Below are positions 28,572 to 38,823 of a stretch of 64,000 nt of DNA, piece after piece; within the stretch, counting starts at the first letter, position 1, and every line of letters begins with the position of its first letter. The notes beneath the pieces were generated by a model. That model worked only from the letters and a program-made list of their open reading frames with translations. It had not been told where the DNA came from and ran no database searches. Source of the DNA: Thermodesulfobacteriota bacterium (GTDB lineage Bacteria; Desulfobacterota_D; UBA1144; Nemesobacterales; Mycalebacteriaceae); contig OZ242184.1 of the NCBI GenBank assembly GCA_965205855.1, forward strand, positions 1,216,001 through 1,280,000, read 5' to 3'. A program made the translations under genes and the position numbers.

Positions 28572-29741
28572 CTATAAAAAACCTTTTTCAGTCGCAACGG
28601 CGACAACCAGCTCAAGCGTGAGAACCCTGATTGTTTTTTCGCCGTTTTTCTCAACAATTTTGTCCGCGATTGAAAACCCCGCCTTTTCAAACGCCTTCAT
28701 TCCCGCCCGCGTAACAACTTTCTCTCCCGCGAGACGGATGGTAACGGCGCCGAAATCGTCTCTGCCCGAAATTGCGGACTTCTCCAGAACCTCTGCGGAC
28801 GCGAGTATGCTCTCATGCGGCCCCTCCTCTCCGCCGCCGTAGATGTCCCTCACAATGTCGGACGGATAAGTGGGGGCGTTATGCGCCCCGGAGTTCATTC
28901 CGAGATGAACGGCGGCGGGAAGAGAGGCAAGACCCGACCCCTCGCAAACCGCCTTGACCGCGCCGCCGTATCCTATAAAAACGGAAGACGGAGTGTGGTG
29001 TACGGAGGCGTCATTGAGAGTCGCTATCTGGAGCCAACTGAAATCGGCAAGAGAAAGCCCGCGTCCCGGCAGCCCGCGCAGAACATCCCCCTCTTTGAGA
29101 GATTCAAATGTTTTTCCGCCTTCGCCGAGCAACTTGCGAGAAAGCGTCCCTTGCGCAATTTCGCAAGGAAGCGGGGCGGTTGATATTTCCGCCTTCGCGG
29201 GACGCGGTTTCACCGTGCTTGATTTTCCGTGCGTAACGCCCTTCGCCGCACGCACAAGAACCTGACGGGTGTAGGAAAGAACCGTCTCGCCCCTGTGGTT
29301 TGAAACTTCGGTCTCAACCTGAATCGAGCCGCTTGTCGCGCCGTCTTTTCTGAACTCCACGCCGAGAACCCGCGACTTCGCGGAAACCGTGTCTCCCTCA
29401 AAAACCGGCGCGCCGAACGCGAGGTTGGAATACGAAAGATTTGCCACCGCATTGAAGGATATGTCGTGAACGCTAAGACCGAAACCTATGTTGAAAAGAA
29501 ACCCCTGACTGACAAGCGCGGGGTCTTCAATGCCAAGGGATTTCCGCTTGGCGTCCGCGTCCGGGTCGGTGTATCCGAGAGCTTTTGCCTTATGTGCGTT
29601 CGCGCAAAGCGCCGAGCCGCCAAATTTTTTCACATACTGCCTGTTCCTCATGCGCGTTATTTGAACCGCGCCGTGGTGATACACATCGCCTTCGGCAAAG
29701 TCGCCTATGTGTCTTTCCGATTTGAAATCCGCTTCCAACAT
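28572..29741 (-). CDS. Double-hotdog MaoC-family hydratase, mesaconyl-CoA (2-methylfumaryl-CoA) hydratase-like
   Basis: DF..G..Y.H, FG.SV.DIS.NAVANL.Y, PVF.GDT....S.V; ATG 29741 with GGAGG SD. Confidence 0.7.
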   Translation of the reverse strand: MLEADFKSERHIGDFAEGDVYHHGAVQITRMRNRQYVKKFGGSALCANAHKAKALGYTDPDADAKRKSLGIEDPALVSQGFLFNIGFGLSVHDISFNAVANLSYSNLAFGAPVFEGDTVSAKSRVLGVEFRKDGATSGSIQVETEVSNHRGETVLSYTRQVLVRAAKGVTHGKSSTVKPRPAKAEISTAPLPCEIAQGTLSRKLLGEGGKTFESLKEGDVLRGLPGRGLSLADFSWLQIATLNDASVHHTPSSVFIGYGGAVKAVCEGSGLASLPAAVHLGMNSGAHNAPTYPSDIVRDIYGGGEEGPHESILASAEVLEKSAISGRDDFGAVTIRLAGEKVVTRAGMKAFEKAGFSIADKIVEKNGEKTIRVLTLELVVAVATEKGFL

Positions 29742-29884
29742 TCCGCCTCCGGTGGTTTGAAAATTGAGACCGGAATTCTGAAGCCATCGGAGACGGTTGT
29801 CAATAACAACTGGCGGCGGGCATTTTGAACTTCGGGTTTTTATGGCACAATATCCGGCAAATACAAACACGCCGGAGGAGCGAA

Positions 29885-31585
29885 ATGGCTTCCGAAAAAC
29901 AACGCAAAAAAATACGCAACCTCAATCACACAATCACCTTCAAACGCAAACGCAAGTTTGACGCGCAGTGGTATCTCAACGAAGACAGGACAAAATGGGT
30001 TCTTCCGAGGGTGCTTACCGAGCAGGCCGAAAAACTCGGCGACAAGCCGTTTCTTCAGTTCGGAGCGAAAAAGCCGCTGAGTTTCCGGGAAACAAACGCG
30101 CTTGCCAACAAAGCGGCAAATTCCCTCATACGAAGCGGAATCAAAAAGGGCGATAAAGTCGCGGTTCTGATGCCGAATTCGGACGACTATGTGATTGCGT
30201 GGTTCGGCATACTTAAAGCCGGAGCCGTGATGGTTCCGATAAACACGGACTACAAGGCGGATTTTCTGCAATATGTGATTGACTCTTCGGACGCGAAACT
30301 GCTGTTTATCGCCGAGGAGTATCTTGACAGAATGCCCTCCATTTTCAAAAGGATAAAAGGGCTGGAAACCGTTGTTGTGTGGACGCGCGGCGGCACGGCG
30401 GAATTTGACCCGCAGGGGTTCAAATTCCCTGAAATGAAATCTTACAAAGAGTTCCTCAAAGGCGCGCGCGCTTCGGAACCGGGGATTGAGGTTCTTTTCA
30501 CGGACTACGGACGGCTCATGTTCACATCCGGCACAACCGGAAGGTCAAAAGGGGTTATGCGCCCGTGCGCGGCGGACTACAGCAGCGCGAGGAACTGCGC
30601 CGAGATTATGGATGTCGGCGCAAGCGATGTCTATTTCACCTGCCTTCCGCTTTTTCATTCAAACGCGATGGTAATGACCGTCTATCCCGCGCTTATAAAA
30701 GGGGCGAAAACCGTTATCGAGGAGAAATACAGCGCGAGCCGTTTCTGGAAATGGATGAATGAATACAAGGTTACGCGCTTTAACACGGTCGGGACGGTTT
30801 CGTACTTTATGTGGAACACCCCTCCCGTTGCCGAAGAGAAAACCCACAAGGTAAAACTTGTTCTCGGCTCTCCGGCTCCGCACGACATAATTGAGCGTTT
30901 TATGGAGAGGTTCAACATAAGTTTGATGGAGGGCTACGGGCTGACCGAAACAGGGCAGTGCACATGGATGCGCCCCGGAGAGCCGTTCAGGGTCGGGTCT
31001 TGCGGAAAAGAGGCGCCCGGCTATGAAATCAAAATCGCCGACCCGGAATCGGACGAGGAATTGCCGAGAGGGAAGACCGGGCAGATAATTGTGCGGCCGC
31101 GCATACCGAACATAATGCTCCATTTCTACAACAAGATGCCCGAAAAAACGGTTGAGGATTTCCGCAACCTGTGGTTTCACACCGGAGACGCGGGGTGGAT
31201 GGACAAAGACGGCTACATCTACTTTATGGACAGAGTCAAGGACTACATACGCAGAAGGGGGGAGAACATAAGCTCGTTTGAGGTGGAAAAAATCGTCTCT
31301 TCCCACCCGGATATCAAGGAGTGCGCGGCGGTTGGAGTAAAAGCCGAAGCCGGACGGCACGCCGAGGACGAGGTTATGGTTGTGGTAGTTCCCGAAAGAA
31401 ACAAAAAGCCCGACCCGGCGGCGATTGTGAAATTTCTTGAGCCGAAGATGCCGGCTTTTATGATTCCGCGCTTCATAAGATTTACGCGCTCGCTTCCAAA
31501 AACCGGAACGCAACGGGTGCGGAAGAACAAACTCAGAGAAAAAGGCGTTACAAAAGACACATGGCGCGCCGATCGCAAAAAATAG
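29885..31585 (+). CDS. Acyl-CoA ligase, CaiC (crotonobetaine/carnitine-CoA ligase)-like
   Basis: FTSGTTGRSKG, PLFHSNA, GYGLTE, WFHTGD, IRRRGENISS.EVE, LPKT.T; ATG 29885 with GGAGGA SD. Confidence 0.85.
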   Translation: MASEKQRKKIRNLNHTITFKRKRKFDAQWYLNEDRTKWVLPRVLTEQAEKLGDKPFLQFGAKKPLSFRETNALANKAANSLIRSGIKKGDKVAVLMPNSDDYVIAWFGILKAGAVMVPINTDYKADFLQYVIDSSDAKLLFIAEEYLDRMPSIFKRIKGLETVVVWTRGGTAEFDPQGFKFPEMKSYKEFLKGARASEPGIEVLFTDYGRLMFTSGTTGRSKGVMRPCAADYSSARNCAEIMDVGASDVYFTCLPLFHSNAMVMTVYPALIKGAKTVIEEKYSASRFWKWMNEYKVTRFNTVGTVSYFMWNTPPVAEEKTHKVKLVLGSPAPHDIIERFMERFNISLMEGYGLTETGQCTWMRPGEPFRVGSCGKEAPGYEIKIADPESDEELPRGKTGQIIVRPRIPNIMLHFYNKMPEKTVEDFRNLWFHTGDAGWMDKDGYIYFMDRVKDYIRRRGENISSFEVEKIVSSHPDIKECAAVGVKAEAGRHAEDEVMVVVVPERNKKPDPAAIVKFLEPKMPAFMIPRFIRFTRSLPKTGTQRVRKNKLREKGVTKDTWRADRKK

Positions 31586-31606
31586 AAAGTGAAAAGCGGA
31601 CGGCGC

Positions 31607-33055
31607 TTATGGTCCCGCCGCGCCTATTCTGTCAAGCGCGGGTTGAACAAGCACGGGGTGAATTTCACGCACCTGCGCGGCAAGGGAGTCGGTCAGACGC
31701 TTTATATCCCACTGCGCCCCGTCCGACATTCTGAGATTTATCAAGTGATACAGCTGCCATAGACTCATATTTCCCGCGACCCGTCTGTTGTGGGCGTTTG
31801 TTACCGCGTATGCGGCAGCTTGCGGAAATCCGCTCACGGAAAGTTTGCCGTGCATCTCCGCACCGATACCGGCGGCTTCAAGGAGAAGCCCCTCCTCCCC
31901 GGCGGCGGCAATATTGGGCGGAACGGTTACGCCGGAGGAAACGCCCGGCTCGGCGGCAAACCAGTCCGTCTTCCTGTGGCGCAGGAGTTGATGCCAGCAC
32001 GCCTCGCTTATTACAAATTCCGCCGTGTAGGAAACAAGTCTGAGAGCGTCGTGCGGGTTGTCGTGGCTTCCAAGCCCGTCAATCGCCGCCTTGAACGCCG
32101 CCTCGCATTCGCCGCCGGTCATTGATTCACCCGTTGCGCCCCGCGCGGGATAAAAAAGCATCGCGGAAATCCTGCGAAGCGCCGCCGCCTGCGGGTCGCT
32201 TTCTCCCTTTCCCGTCCAGTCAACAAGACGCGCTAAGGGCGCGTCCGGCTTCACATTAGGTGGCGGGGACGGGGTCAGGTCTCGCAACCTTTCGCGCGCT
32301 CCGGTTATATGCGGGTTTTTCGCCGCGTATTTCACAAGTGTCGGAACGCTGAAACGCACCTCTTTTTTTATCTCCTCCGCCCGCAGGCGCGCCTCGGCGT
32401 ATTCGGAAGACAGCAGCCGTGAAAGGCAGTCTTCAACCGCGCGTGCGTTCGCGGTCATTCCAAGGTTGGTCATTGCGGCAAGGTTAAGCGCGTATCTCGC
32501 GTCCTCAAAGGCGAGTTTTTCAAGTGCGGACTCAGCGCCGCGCGGGTTTTCGCTTTTAAGAAAATCAAACAGGACAAGGTTGAGTTTTTCGTATACCTCA
32601 TACTGCCTCGCGCAGGCGGAGAGAAATTCGCGTGAAAGCGCCTTGTTTCCGGTGATTTCCGGCGGGACGACAAAATCGTCCTTCCGGGGTTTCTGGTATC
32701 TCTGCGAGTATTCGGTGAAGGAAAGATGCTCCCCGCCCGTTTCAAGAAGAGACGAAAAAAGGCGCGATACCCTTTCAACGCCGATATGAATGGAGGCGTG
32801 TTCCGCGACTGACGCATGTCCGTAGTTCAAAACCCATTTTTCGTGAAATTTTGCCGCCCGTTCCCGTCCGAGCTCCTGCTCCGCGAGAACCTTTCCTATG
32901 TTCTCCCTGAAACTTTTGGGGCTTCTGCTGACATACGCGAAAATTACCGCCACAACCTCTTCGGGCAGTCCCGAAACGGTGTATATGTCTCCGCGCGGGT
33001 TTGATATGTATTTCGCGATTTCGCCGCCGGAGGATTTGTTTTCATCTTTGGGCAT
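31607..33055 (-). CDS. thyX: FAD-dependent thymidylate synthase, long two-domain form
   Basis: YGHASVAEH, SFTEYSQRY, EDARY, N.R, HQLLRHR, NLR....AQW.I. Confidence 0.85.
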   Translation of the reverse strand: MPKDENKSSGGEIAKYISNPRGDIYTVSGLPEEVVAVIFAYVSRSPKSFRENIGKVLAEQELGRERAAKFHEKWVLNYGHASVAEHASIHIGVERVSRLFSSLLETGGEHLSFTEYSQRYQKPRKDDFVVPPEITGNKALSREFLSACARQYEVYEKLNLVLFDFLKSENPRGAESALEKLAFEDARYALNLAAMTNLGMTANARAVEDCLSRLLSSEYAEARLRAEEIKKEVRFSVPTLVKYAAKNPHITGARERLRDLTPSPPPNVKPDAPLARLVDWTGKGESDPQAAALRRISAMLFYPARGATGESMTGGECEAAFKAAIDGLGSHDNPHDALRLVSYTAEFVISEACWHQLLRHRKTDWFAAEPGVSSGVTVPPNIAAAGEEGLLLEAAGIGAEMHGKLSVSGFPQAAAYAVTNAHNRRVAGNMSLWQLYHLINLRMSDGAQWDIKRLTDSLAAQVREIHPVLVQPALDRIGAAGP

Positions 33056-33069
33056 GGAGACTGGAAATC

Positions 33070-33834
33070 CTACACAATTTTGCGTTTTTTTATATCCTCA
33101 ATCAAAAGCCCCGTAACAATCCCCGGACTGCCGGAAAGAACCGCTTCAACATAACCGTCCGAGGGGCTTTCCGAGGCGCTTATTATCGCGGTTTTCGCCC
33201 CCTGCTGCCGCGCCTGAACCGGAAAGGACGCGATTGGCTCAATATCAAGTGAAGCGCCTGCGCAGACAAGAAGGTCGCATCCGTTAATTTTCATCCAGCC
33301 CTCCCGTATCTCCCAGTGCGGAAGCGGCTGTCCCGGAAAAGACAGCGGCGGTTTTATCAACCCCGTCCGGCAAACCGCGCATGAGGGGATTTCCTTTCCG
33401 CTTCGGGACATTTCGGTAAGAACATCCATCATTCTGTAACTCTTTCCGCAACCGAGGCACTGCGCCCAGTGAATTGAGGCGTAAAGCTCAAGAACATTGT
33501 CGCTGCCCGCCTTGACGTGCATTCCGTCAACCGCCTGAGTGATTATAAAATCAACCCCGCACAGAAGGGACAACTCGTGGATATTTTTGTGCGAGTCTCC
33601 CGGCTCCGCGGCGGCGATTTTCGGATATATTTCGTTTATCTTTCGCCAGTATTGCCGCCTGACCTCTTCATTTTCCCTGAAATCATCTATGTGCGGGTTA
33701 AAATCCAACTCGCCCGCATCGGGAATGCCGCACTCAAGGGTGAGCTCAGACCCCGTGAGAAAAACCGTCCGCTGCGACTCTTCAATCCATCCGGCAAGCG
33801 CGGCAAGCGCGTCTGTTTCTGTGTCCGGGTTCAT
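33070..33834 (-). CDS. Sirtuin (Sir2/CobB)-family protein with degenerate catalytic motifs
   Basis: GIPD, ITQAVDGMH..AG, CxxC...CxxC zinc module, FG-like FPGQ.LP, G.SL...P. Confidence 0.75.
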   Translation of the reverse strand: MNPDTETDALAALAGWIEESQRTVFLTGSELTLECGIPDAGELDFNPHIDDFRENEEVRRQYWRKINEIYPKIAAAEPGDSHKNIHELSLLCGVDFIITQAVDGMHVKAGSDNVLELYASIHWAQCLGCGKSYRMMDVLTEMSRSGKEIPSCAVCRTGLIKPPLSFPGQPLPHWEIREGWMKINGCDLLVCAGASLDIEPIASFPVQARQQGAKTAIISASESPSDGYVEAVLSGSPGIVTGLLIEDIKKRKIV

Positions 33835-33898
33835 GGCAGAGATTGTAAGTCCGCCGGGGTTGAGTGTCAAACCACCGACTTGCGGTTAGAATGGAGTT

Positions 33899-34249
33899 GT
33901 GAAAGCGGTCCCGAAGGAGATAAAAAAGTTCGGAGATTCCGCGCTTCTTGTGGAATGGAGCGACGGACACGACAGCATATATTCATTTGAAGACTTGCGG
34001 CTTGCTTGCCCGTGCGCGACCTGCCGGCGGCTCAGAAGCAAAAGCAGAACGGGAAAGCTGCCGGTCAAAACCGGAGCGGCGGGAGTCGCTATACAGCCCG
34101 AAACAATGGACAAGGTTGGTCTCTACGCGCTGCAGTTCAAATGGAATGACGGACACGACACGGGAATTTACACTTTTGAATTCCTTCGCAAACAATGCCC
34201 GTGCGAGCAATGCGCGGCGGCGGCAGACGCGGTCAGTCAATCTCCGTAA
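33899..34249 (+). CDS. DUF971 / gamma-butyrobetaine hydroxylase N-terminal-like protein
   Basis: W.DGH, LR..CPCA.C, VG.YALQ..W.DGHDTGIY.F..LR. Confidence 0.85.
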   Translation: MKAVPKEIKKFGDSALLVEWSDGHDSIYSFEDLRLACPCATCRRLRSKSRTGKLPVKTGAAGVAIQPETMDKVGLYALQFKWNDGHDTGIYTFEFLRKQCPCEQCAAAADAVSQSP

Positions 34250-35396
34250 TACCGGCGCGTGCTCCACCCTTGAGAAACTTTATTGTAACCTCATCTCCTT
34301 TTTTGAGACGGCGGGAATCGGCAACCGTTTTGCCCAAACCGTCACGGACGATTGAATAACCGCGTCCGAGAACTGCGAGCGGGCTCAGAGAATCCAGCAA
34401 TGCGGCGGCGGCGGAAATCTCAAGCCCCGCAGACTCCGCCCTGCTTTTCATATTGCGCAAAAGCGCGTCCGAAAGCGCGTCCGTCTCCATCGCAAGAAAC
34501 GACAACGCGGACTCAAGCCCCGCGCAAAGACGCGCGTGCGCATCGTCAAGCGCGGAGACAATCTCGCTTTTTACGGGAACCGCCATTTCAGCCGCCGCAC
34601 TCGGAGTCGCCGCCCGTGCGTCCGCGGCGAGGTCGGAGGCAGTTGTGTCCGTCTCATGCCCCACGGCGGAGATGACCGGAACATCGCATGAGGCGACCGC
34701 CCGCGCGACAACTTCGGTGTTGAACGCCGCAAGGTCTTCGTTTGAGCCGCCGCCTCTTGCGACTATGACAACATCGGTGTTTTCACCGCGCAGACGTTCA
34801 AGGGCGCGTGCAATCTCCGCGGGAGCAGCGTCTCCCTGAACGGGCGAGGGCGATACCGTTATTTCGGCGTTCGGAAACCTGCGCCCTATTACGGTCTTTA
34901 TATCCGCGAGCGCCGCGCCGCCGGGAGAGGTTACAACCCCTATCCTGCGCGCGGGAAACGGCAGCGGCCTCTTTCTTTCGGGAGAAAAAAGCCCCTCGGC
35001 TTCAAGTTTCTCAAGCAACCGCCGCAGCGCGAGCGCCTCCGCGCCCACCCCTTTCGGCTCAATACTGCGCACATTGAGGTTGACTGTGCCGCGTCTTTCG
35101 TAGAAATCTGTTTCGCACCGACACAGTGCCTTCATTCCGTTTTCGGGAACAAAGCCGATTTGAGCCGTAGCGGACTTCCAGCACACGGCGCGTATCTCGC
35201 TTCTCTCGTCCCTGAGAGAAAAATACCAGTGCCCGCTCGCTCCGTGCGCGGTAAAATCCGTTATTTCGCCCTCAACCCAGATGAAGCCGCCCGTGCCATT
35301 TCTCACGGCGGCGGCGATTGCAACGTTGATTTCGCTCACGCCGTATATCTTTTCGCCGATAATGTCCCGAAAGGACGGCAGAGAGTCCCGTGTCAA
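34233..35396 (-). CDS. xseA: Exodeoxyribonuclease VII large subunit
   Basis: WVEGEI, SGHWYFSL, IGVVTS..GAA, RGGGS.EDL, SAVGHE.D, A.TPSAAAE, L.RGYS. Confidence 0.95.
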   Translation of the reverse strand: MTRDSLPSFRDIIGEKIYGVSEINVAIAAAVRNGTGGFIWVEGEITDFTAHGASGHWYFSLRDERSEIRAVCWKSATAQIGFVPENGMKALCRCETDFYERRGTVNLNVRSIEPKGVGAEALALRRLLEKLEAEGLFSPERKRPLPFPARRIGVVTSPGGAALADIKTVIGRRFPNAEITVSPSPVQGDAAPAEIARALERLRGENTDVVIVARGGGSNEDLAAFNTEVVARAVASCDVPVISAVGHETDTTASDLAADARAATPSAAAEMAVPVKSEIVSALDDAHARLCAGLESALSFLAMETDALSDALLRNMKSRAESAGLEISAAAALLDSLSPLAVLGRGYSIVRDGLGKTVADSRRLKKGDEVTIKFLKGGARAGITEID

Positions 35397-35779
35397 TATT
35401 GGTTGCCCTGTTGCCGCGCAAAACGCATATTCGCCCCTTCTGTGTCCGCGTCCTTGATGTTCGCGCCTATCAGATGCCCACCCTCAAGATTCGCGCCTCT
35501 CATGTTCGCGCCGGAAAGCTCCGCGCCCTCAAGATTCGCGCCGTAGAGATTTGTGCCTTCAAAATCCGAGCCGCTGAAAACGCACCCCTTACAGAAGGCG
35601 AGTTTCATATTCGCGCCGGAAAAATTCGCGCCGGAAAAGTCAAGCCCCGATATATCCGCCCATGAAAGGTCGGGAACCGTATCGGGATTTTCCGTCCGCC
35701 AGCGGTTCCAACGCGCCGCGCCTTTTTTCAAAATCTCCATGTGCTCGGAATTTGCCATGTCAAAGCTCGACATCCTCAA
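35393..35779 (-). CDS. Pentapeptide-repeat protein
   Basis: W N.WR..N....DL followed by A(N/D)(L/F)xx repeats. Confidence 0.85.
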   Translation of the reverse strand: MRMSSFDMANSEHMEILKKGAARWNRWRTENPDTVPDLSWADISGLDFSGANFSGANMKLAFCKGCVFSGSDFEGTNLYGANLEGAELSGANMRGANLEGGHLIGANIKDADTEGANMRFARQQGNQY

Positions 35780-35812
35780 AGATTTGACGAAACGGACAGG
35801 TACCTGCCTTCT

Positions 35813-36418
35813 TCATTTCTCCCGCGCGGAAACCTTCTCCATAACATCGCCCTGCCGTATCATATTGACCGTTTCCATGCCCTCAACAACCTTGCCGAAT
35901 ACCGTATGACGCCCGTTCAAGTGCGGCTGCGGGGAATGGGTTATAAAAAACTGGCTTCCGTTTGTGTCGGGACCGGAGTTCGCCATTGATATCATTCCCG
36001 CGGCGTGGACAAGCGGATTGCCCGCCGTTTCGTCCTCAAACCTGTATCCGGGTCCTCCCGAACCCGTTCCGGACGGGTCACCGCCCTGAATCACAAAATC
36101 CGGTATTACGCGGTGGAACGTAACGCCGTCATAAAAGCCCTCGTTTGAAAGAAACACGAAGTTATTAACCGTTTTCGGCGCATACTCCGGATACAGCTCA
36201 AGAGTCAAATCCCCCTTGTTTGTTTTTATCTCCACAACATAGACACCGGAAGCCTCTACCTTCATCTCCGGCGGGCTGTCCCACTGTTTTGTTTTGTTGC
36301 TCATAGTCTTTTCTCCTCCCGTCTCAGATTTTGATTCCTCTATTCCGTGTGAATTCGCGTCCGCGCCGCCAAAAAGCGTCAGTCCCAGCGCGAGGGCGCA
36401 CAAGGCAAGCATCTTCAT
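35813..36418 (-). CDS. Cyclophilin-type peptidyl-prolyl isomerase with N-terminal signal peptide
   Basis: [42 protein letters not shown]. Confidence 0.95.
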   Translation of the reverse strand: MKMLALCALALGLTLFGGADANSHGIEESKSETGGEKTMSNKTKQWDSPPEMKVEASGVYVVEIKTNKGDLTLELYPEYAPKTVNNFVFLSNEGFYDGVTFHRVIPDFVIQGGDPSGTGSGGPGYRFEDETAGNPLVHAAGMISMANSGPDTNGSQFFITHSPQPHLNGRHTVFGKVVEGMETVNMIRQGDVMEKVSAREK

Positions 36419-37380
36419 GATTGCGGAAAAACCTCAGTCAATTCAATCCCCGCGCGCGCGTAAAACTCCGCCGCTCCGCCGTTTGGAAGCCGGTCTGTGA
36501 GTATGCGGATGACGCGCCCTCCGAGTTCGGATTTGGCATTTGCGCCCGAAAGGGACGAGGCGGCTTCCTCAAGACGCCGCGAATCAAGGAGAACTACTGT
36601 CGGCATAATCTCAAGAATATCATCAAGAAAATCCTTTCCGCTATCCGCAGCAGCAGCGCGGGCGGGAACACAAAGGGCAAGAAACTTTGCCGCGCGCGAA
36701 AAGATGTCCGCTCCGGGCAGAAAATGGAAGGTTTGAGACTCTTCGTTGAGACATGCCGCGTTTGAGCGCACCGCCTCCGAGACCGCCTCCATAAAGCCGC
36801 TTTGAGACAGAGACTTTGTCGCGCCGTCTGAGGACGGAAACTCAACTGCCACAGCTTGCGGATCAGTCGAACCGAATATCTCATCAAGGAAGTCTGTCAA
36901 TTTTTTGCTTTTCATAAAACCGAATTTGAGCACGGCGCGGAAATCCGTCAGCAGTCCGCGGCCGTTTGCGCAATCGCGAAAAACCGGCTCGCCGCAGCTC
37001 TGAGAGAAAAGAACGGTTTTTTCCGCTCCGTGCTCCGACAGTTTTCGCGCGCTTTCACGGCTCAGTGCGAAAGCCACCTTCGGAGGGCGGCCTTCGGAGG
37101 GCGGGCATGAAGAGGCGACTCCGCCGAGCATAAGAACGGCGGTTTCGGCGACAAGTCCCTCATGCGTTCCTCCGGATTCAAAAAACGCGCGGTCTCCCGC
37201 GCGGAAGCCGCCGTCTGTGAGAAAAGCGGCAATGCTTTTGACCTCGCTCTGAAAATCCTTCCAGGTTATCTGCTTCCAGCTCCAGCCGTCCTTTTTCTGA
37301 AGCAACAGACGGTCTCCGTATCTGGAAACACTGTCTTTCATCAGACCCGCGACCGTGTTGGAAAATACCGAGTAAAGCAT
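36415..37380 (-). CDS. Degenerate AMP-binding (long-chain acyl-CoA synthetase N-terminal-like) protein
   Basis: W..ITW..F...V...A..L...G...GDR and FLP..IF.R segments; P-loop and C-terminal domain absent. Confidence 0.6.
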   Translation of the reverse strand: MLYSVFSNTVAGLMKDSVSRYGDRLLLQKKDGWSWKQITWKDFQSEVKSIAAFLTDGGFRAGDRAFFESGGTHEGLVAETAVLMLGGVASSCPPSEGRPPKVAFALSRESARKLSEHGAEKTVLFSQSCGEPVFRDCANGRGLLTDFRAVLKFGFMKSKKLTDFLDEIFGSTDPQAVAVEFPSSDGATKSLSQSGFMEAVSEAVRSNAACLNEESQTFHFLPGADIFSRAAKFLALCVPARAAAADSGKDFLDDILEIMPTVVLLDSRRLEEAASSLSGANAKSELGGRVIRILTDRLPNGGAAEFYARAGIELTEVFPQS

Positions 37381-37473
37381 TGAGACTCCGGCAAAGCGGA
37401 AACACTGTCACCGCTTTGGCGGTATAATACACAAATTCTCTTTAAAAATAAAAACTAAAGGGCAAAACCTGAA

Positions 37474-38823
37474 ATGACAATCCAAAAAAGACATCTTTCA
37501 AAACCGCTTTTTCTCAAGGCGCAATCGGTAGCGCGCGTGCTGAAAGACGCGGGACACTCCGCTTTTCTGGTCGGCGGATGCGTAAGAAACATGCTCTGCG
37601 GACGCGAAGCGGGAGATTTTGACCTGACCACAAGCGCGACCCCGCAAGAGGTGAAAAAAATCTTCCCGCGCACGGTCGCCGTGGGGGAAAATTTCGGCGT
37701 GATGATTGTTCTCGAAGGTGACGACAGTTTTGAGGTCGCCACATTCAGGAAGGATTTTGACTACCCCGACGGCAGACATCCGCAAAGGGTGGAATACGGA
37801 ACGGACGAAAAGGAGGATGTAAAAAGAAGGGATTTTACGATAAACGGGCTGCTGCTTGACCCCGAAAGCAAAAAGGTTTTTGACTATGTGGACGGCATTG
37901 CGGACATAAAAAAGAAGGTTGTGAGAACCATCGGAGACAGCGGGCTCCGTTTTGCGGAAGACAAACTCAGAATGCTGCGCGCGGCGCGGTTTGCGGCGGA
38001 CATGGGATTTGAGATTGAGAAACAGACGTTTGAAACAATCAAGAACCGGGCGGACTCAATAACCGAAGTGAGCGCGGAGAGAATACGCGAGGAGATTGTG
38101 AAAATTCTCACGCGCTCAAACCCGGGACGCGGGCTTGAGCTTCTCGCGCAAACCGGTCTTCTCGCGCGCATACTGCCCGAAGTGCAGAAAATGGCGGGAG
38201 TGGAACAACCGCCGGAGTTTCATCCCGAAGGGGACGTGTTTGTCCACACCTGCCTTGTTCTGGACAAACTTGAGGAAAACACACCGGACAGGTCGGGCGA
38301 ACTCGCGGTTGCGGCATTGCTTCACGATGTCGGCAAGCCGCCGACTTTTGAGAGAAGCGACAGAATCCGTTTCAACGGACACGACAGAGTCGGCGCGGCG
38401 ATGGCAAAAACCATCTGCCATAATTTGCGATTTTCCAACAAGTCGGCTGAAAGGATAAGCGAGCTTGTGCTCCACCATTTGAAATTCAAGGATGTGTTCA
38501 ATATGCGGGAAAGTACCTTGAAGCGATTTCTCGGTATGCCGTATTTTGACGAGCATCTCGCCCTTCACTTTGCGGACTGTCAGGCAAGCCACGGGTTGAC
38601 TGACGCGTATGAGTTCGCAAAGGCGAAATTTGAGGAATTCGGAAAAGAGGAAATCAAACCCGCGCTGCTTGTTAACGGAAAAGACCTAATCAAAATGGGA
38701 TTTAAGCCGGGGCCGCTTTTTACGGAAATACTGTCCGAAGTGGAAGAGGAGCAGTTGGAAAACCGGTTGAAAAGCAAAGAGGATGCGGTTGAGTTTGTGA
38801 AAGGAAAATGGAACGGCGGTTAG
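37474..38823 (+). CDS. cca: CCA tRNA nucleotidyltransferase with HD domain
   Basis: LVGGCVR, DFDLTT, EVATFR, RRDFTIN, ED.LR.LRA.RF, S.ERI..E, HPEGDV..HT, LLHDVGKP. Confidence 0.9.
   Translation: MTIQKRHLSKPLFLKAQSVARVLKDAGHSAFLVGGCVRNMLCGREAGDFDLTTSATPQEVKKIFPRTVAVGENFGVMIVLEGDDSFEVATFRKDFDYPDGRHPQRVEYGTDEKEDVKRRDFTINGLLLDPESKKVFDYVDGIADIKKKVVRTIGDSGLRFAEDKLRMLRAARFAADMGFEIEKQTFETIKNRADSITEVSAERIREEIVKILTRSNPGRGLELLAQTGLLARILPEVQKMAGVEQPPEFHPEGDVFVHTCLVLDKLEENTPDRSGELAVAALLHDVGKPPTFERSDRIRFNGHDRVGAAMAKTICHNLRFSNKSAERISELVLHHLKFKDVFNMRESTLKRFLGMPYFDEHLALHFADCQASHGLTDAYEFAKAKFEEFGKEEIKPALLVNGKDLIKMGFKPGPLFTEILSEVEEEQLENRLKSKEDAVEFVKGKWNGG

Noticed and set aside
31607-33055. Double-length ThyX as a novelty
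   Set aside because: Tandem-domain ThyX proteins are a known form.
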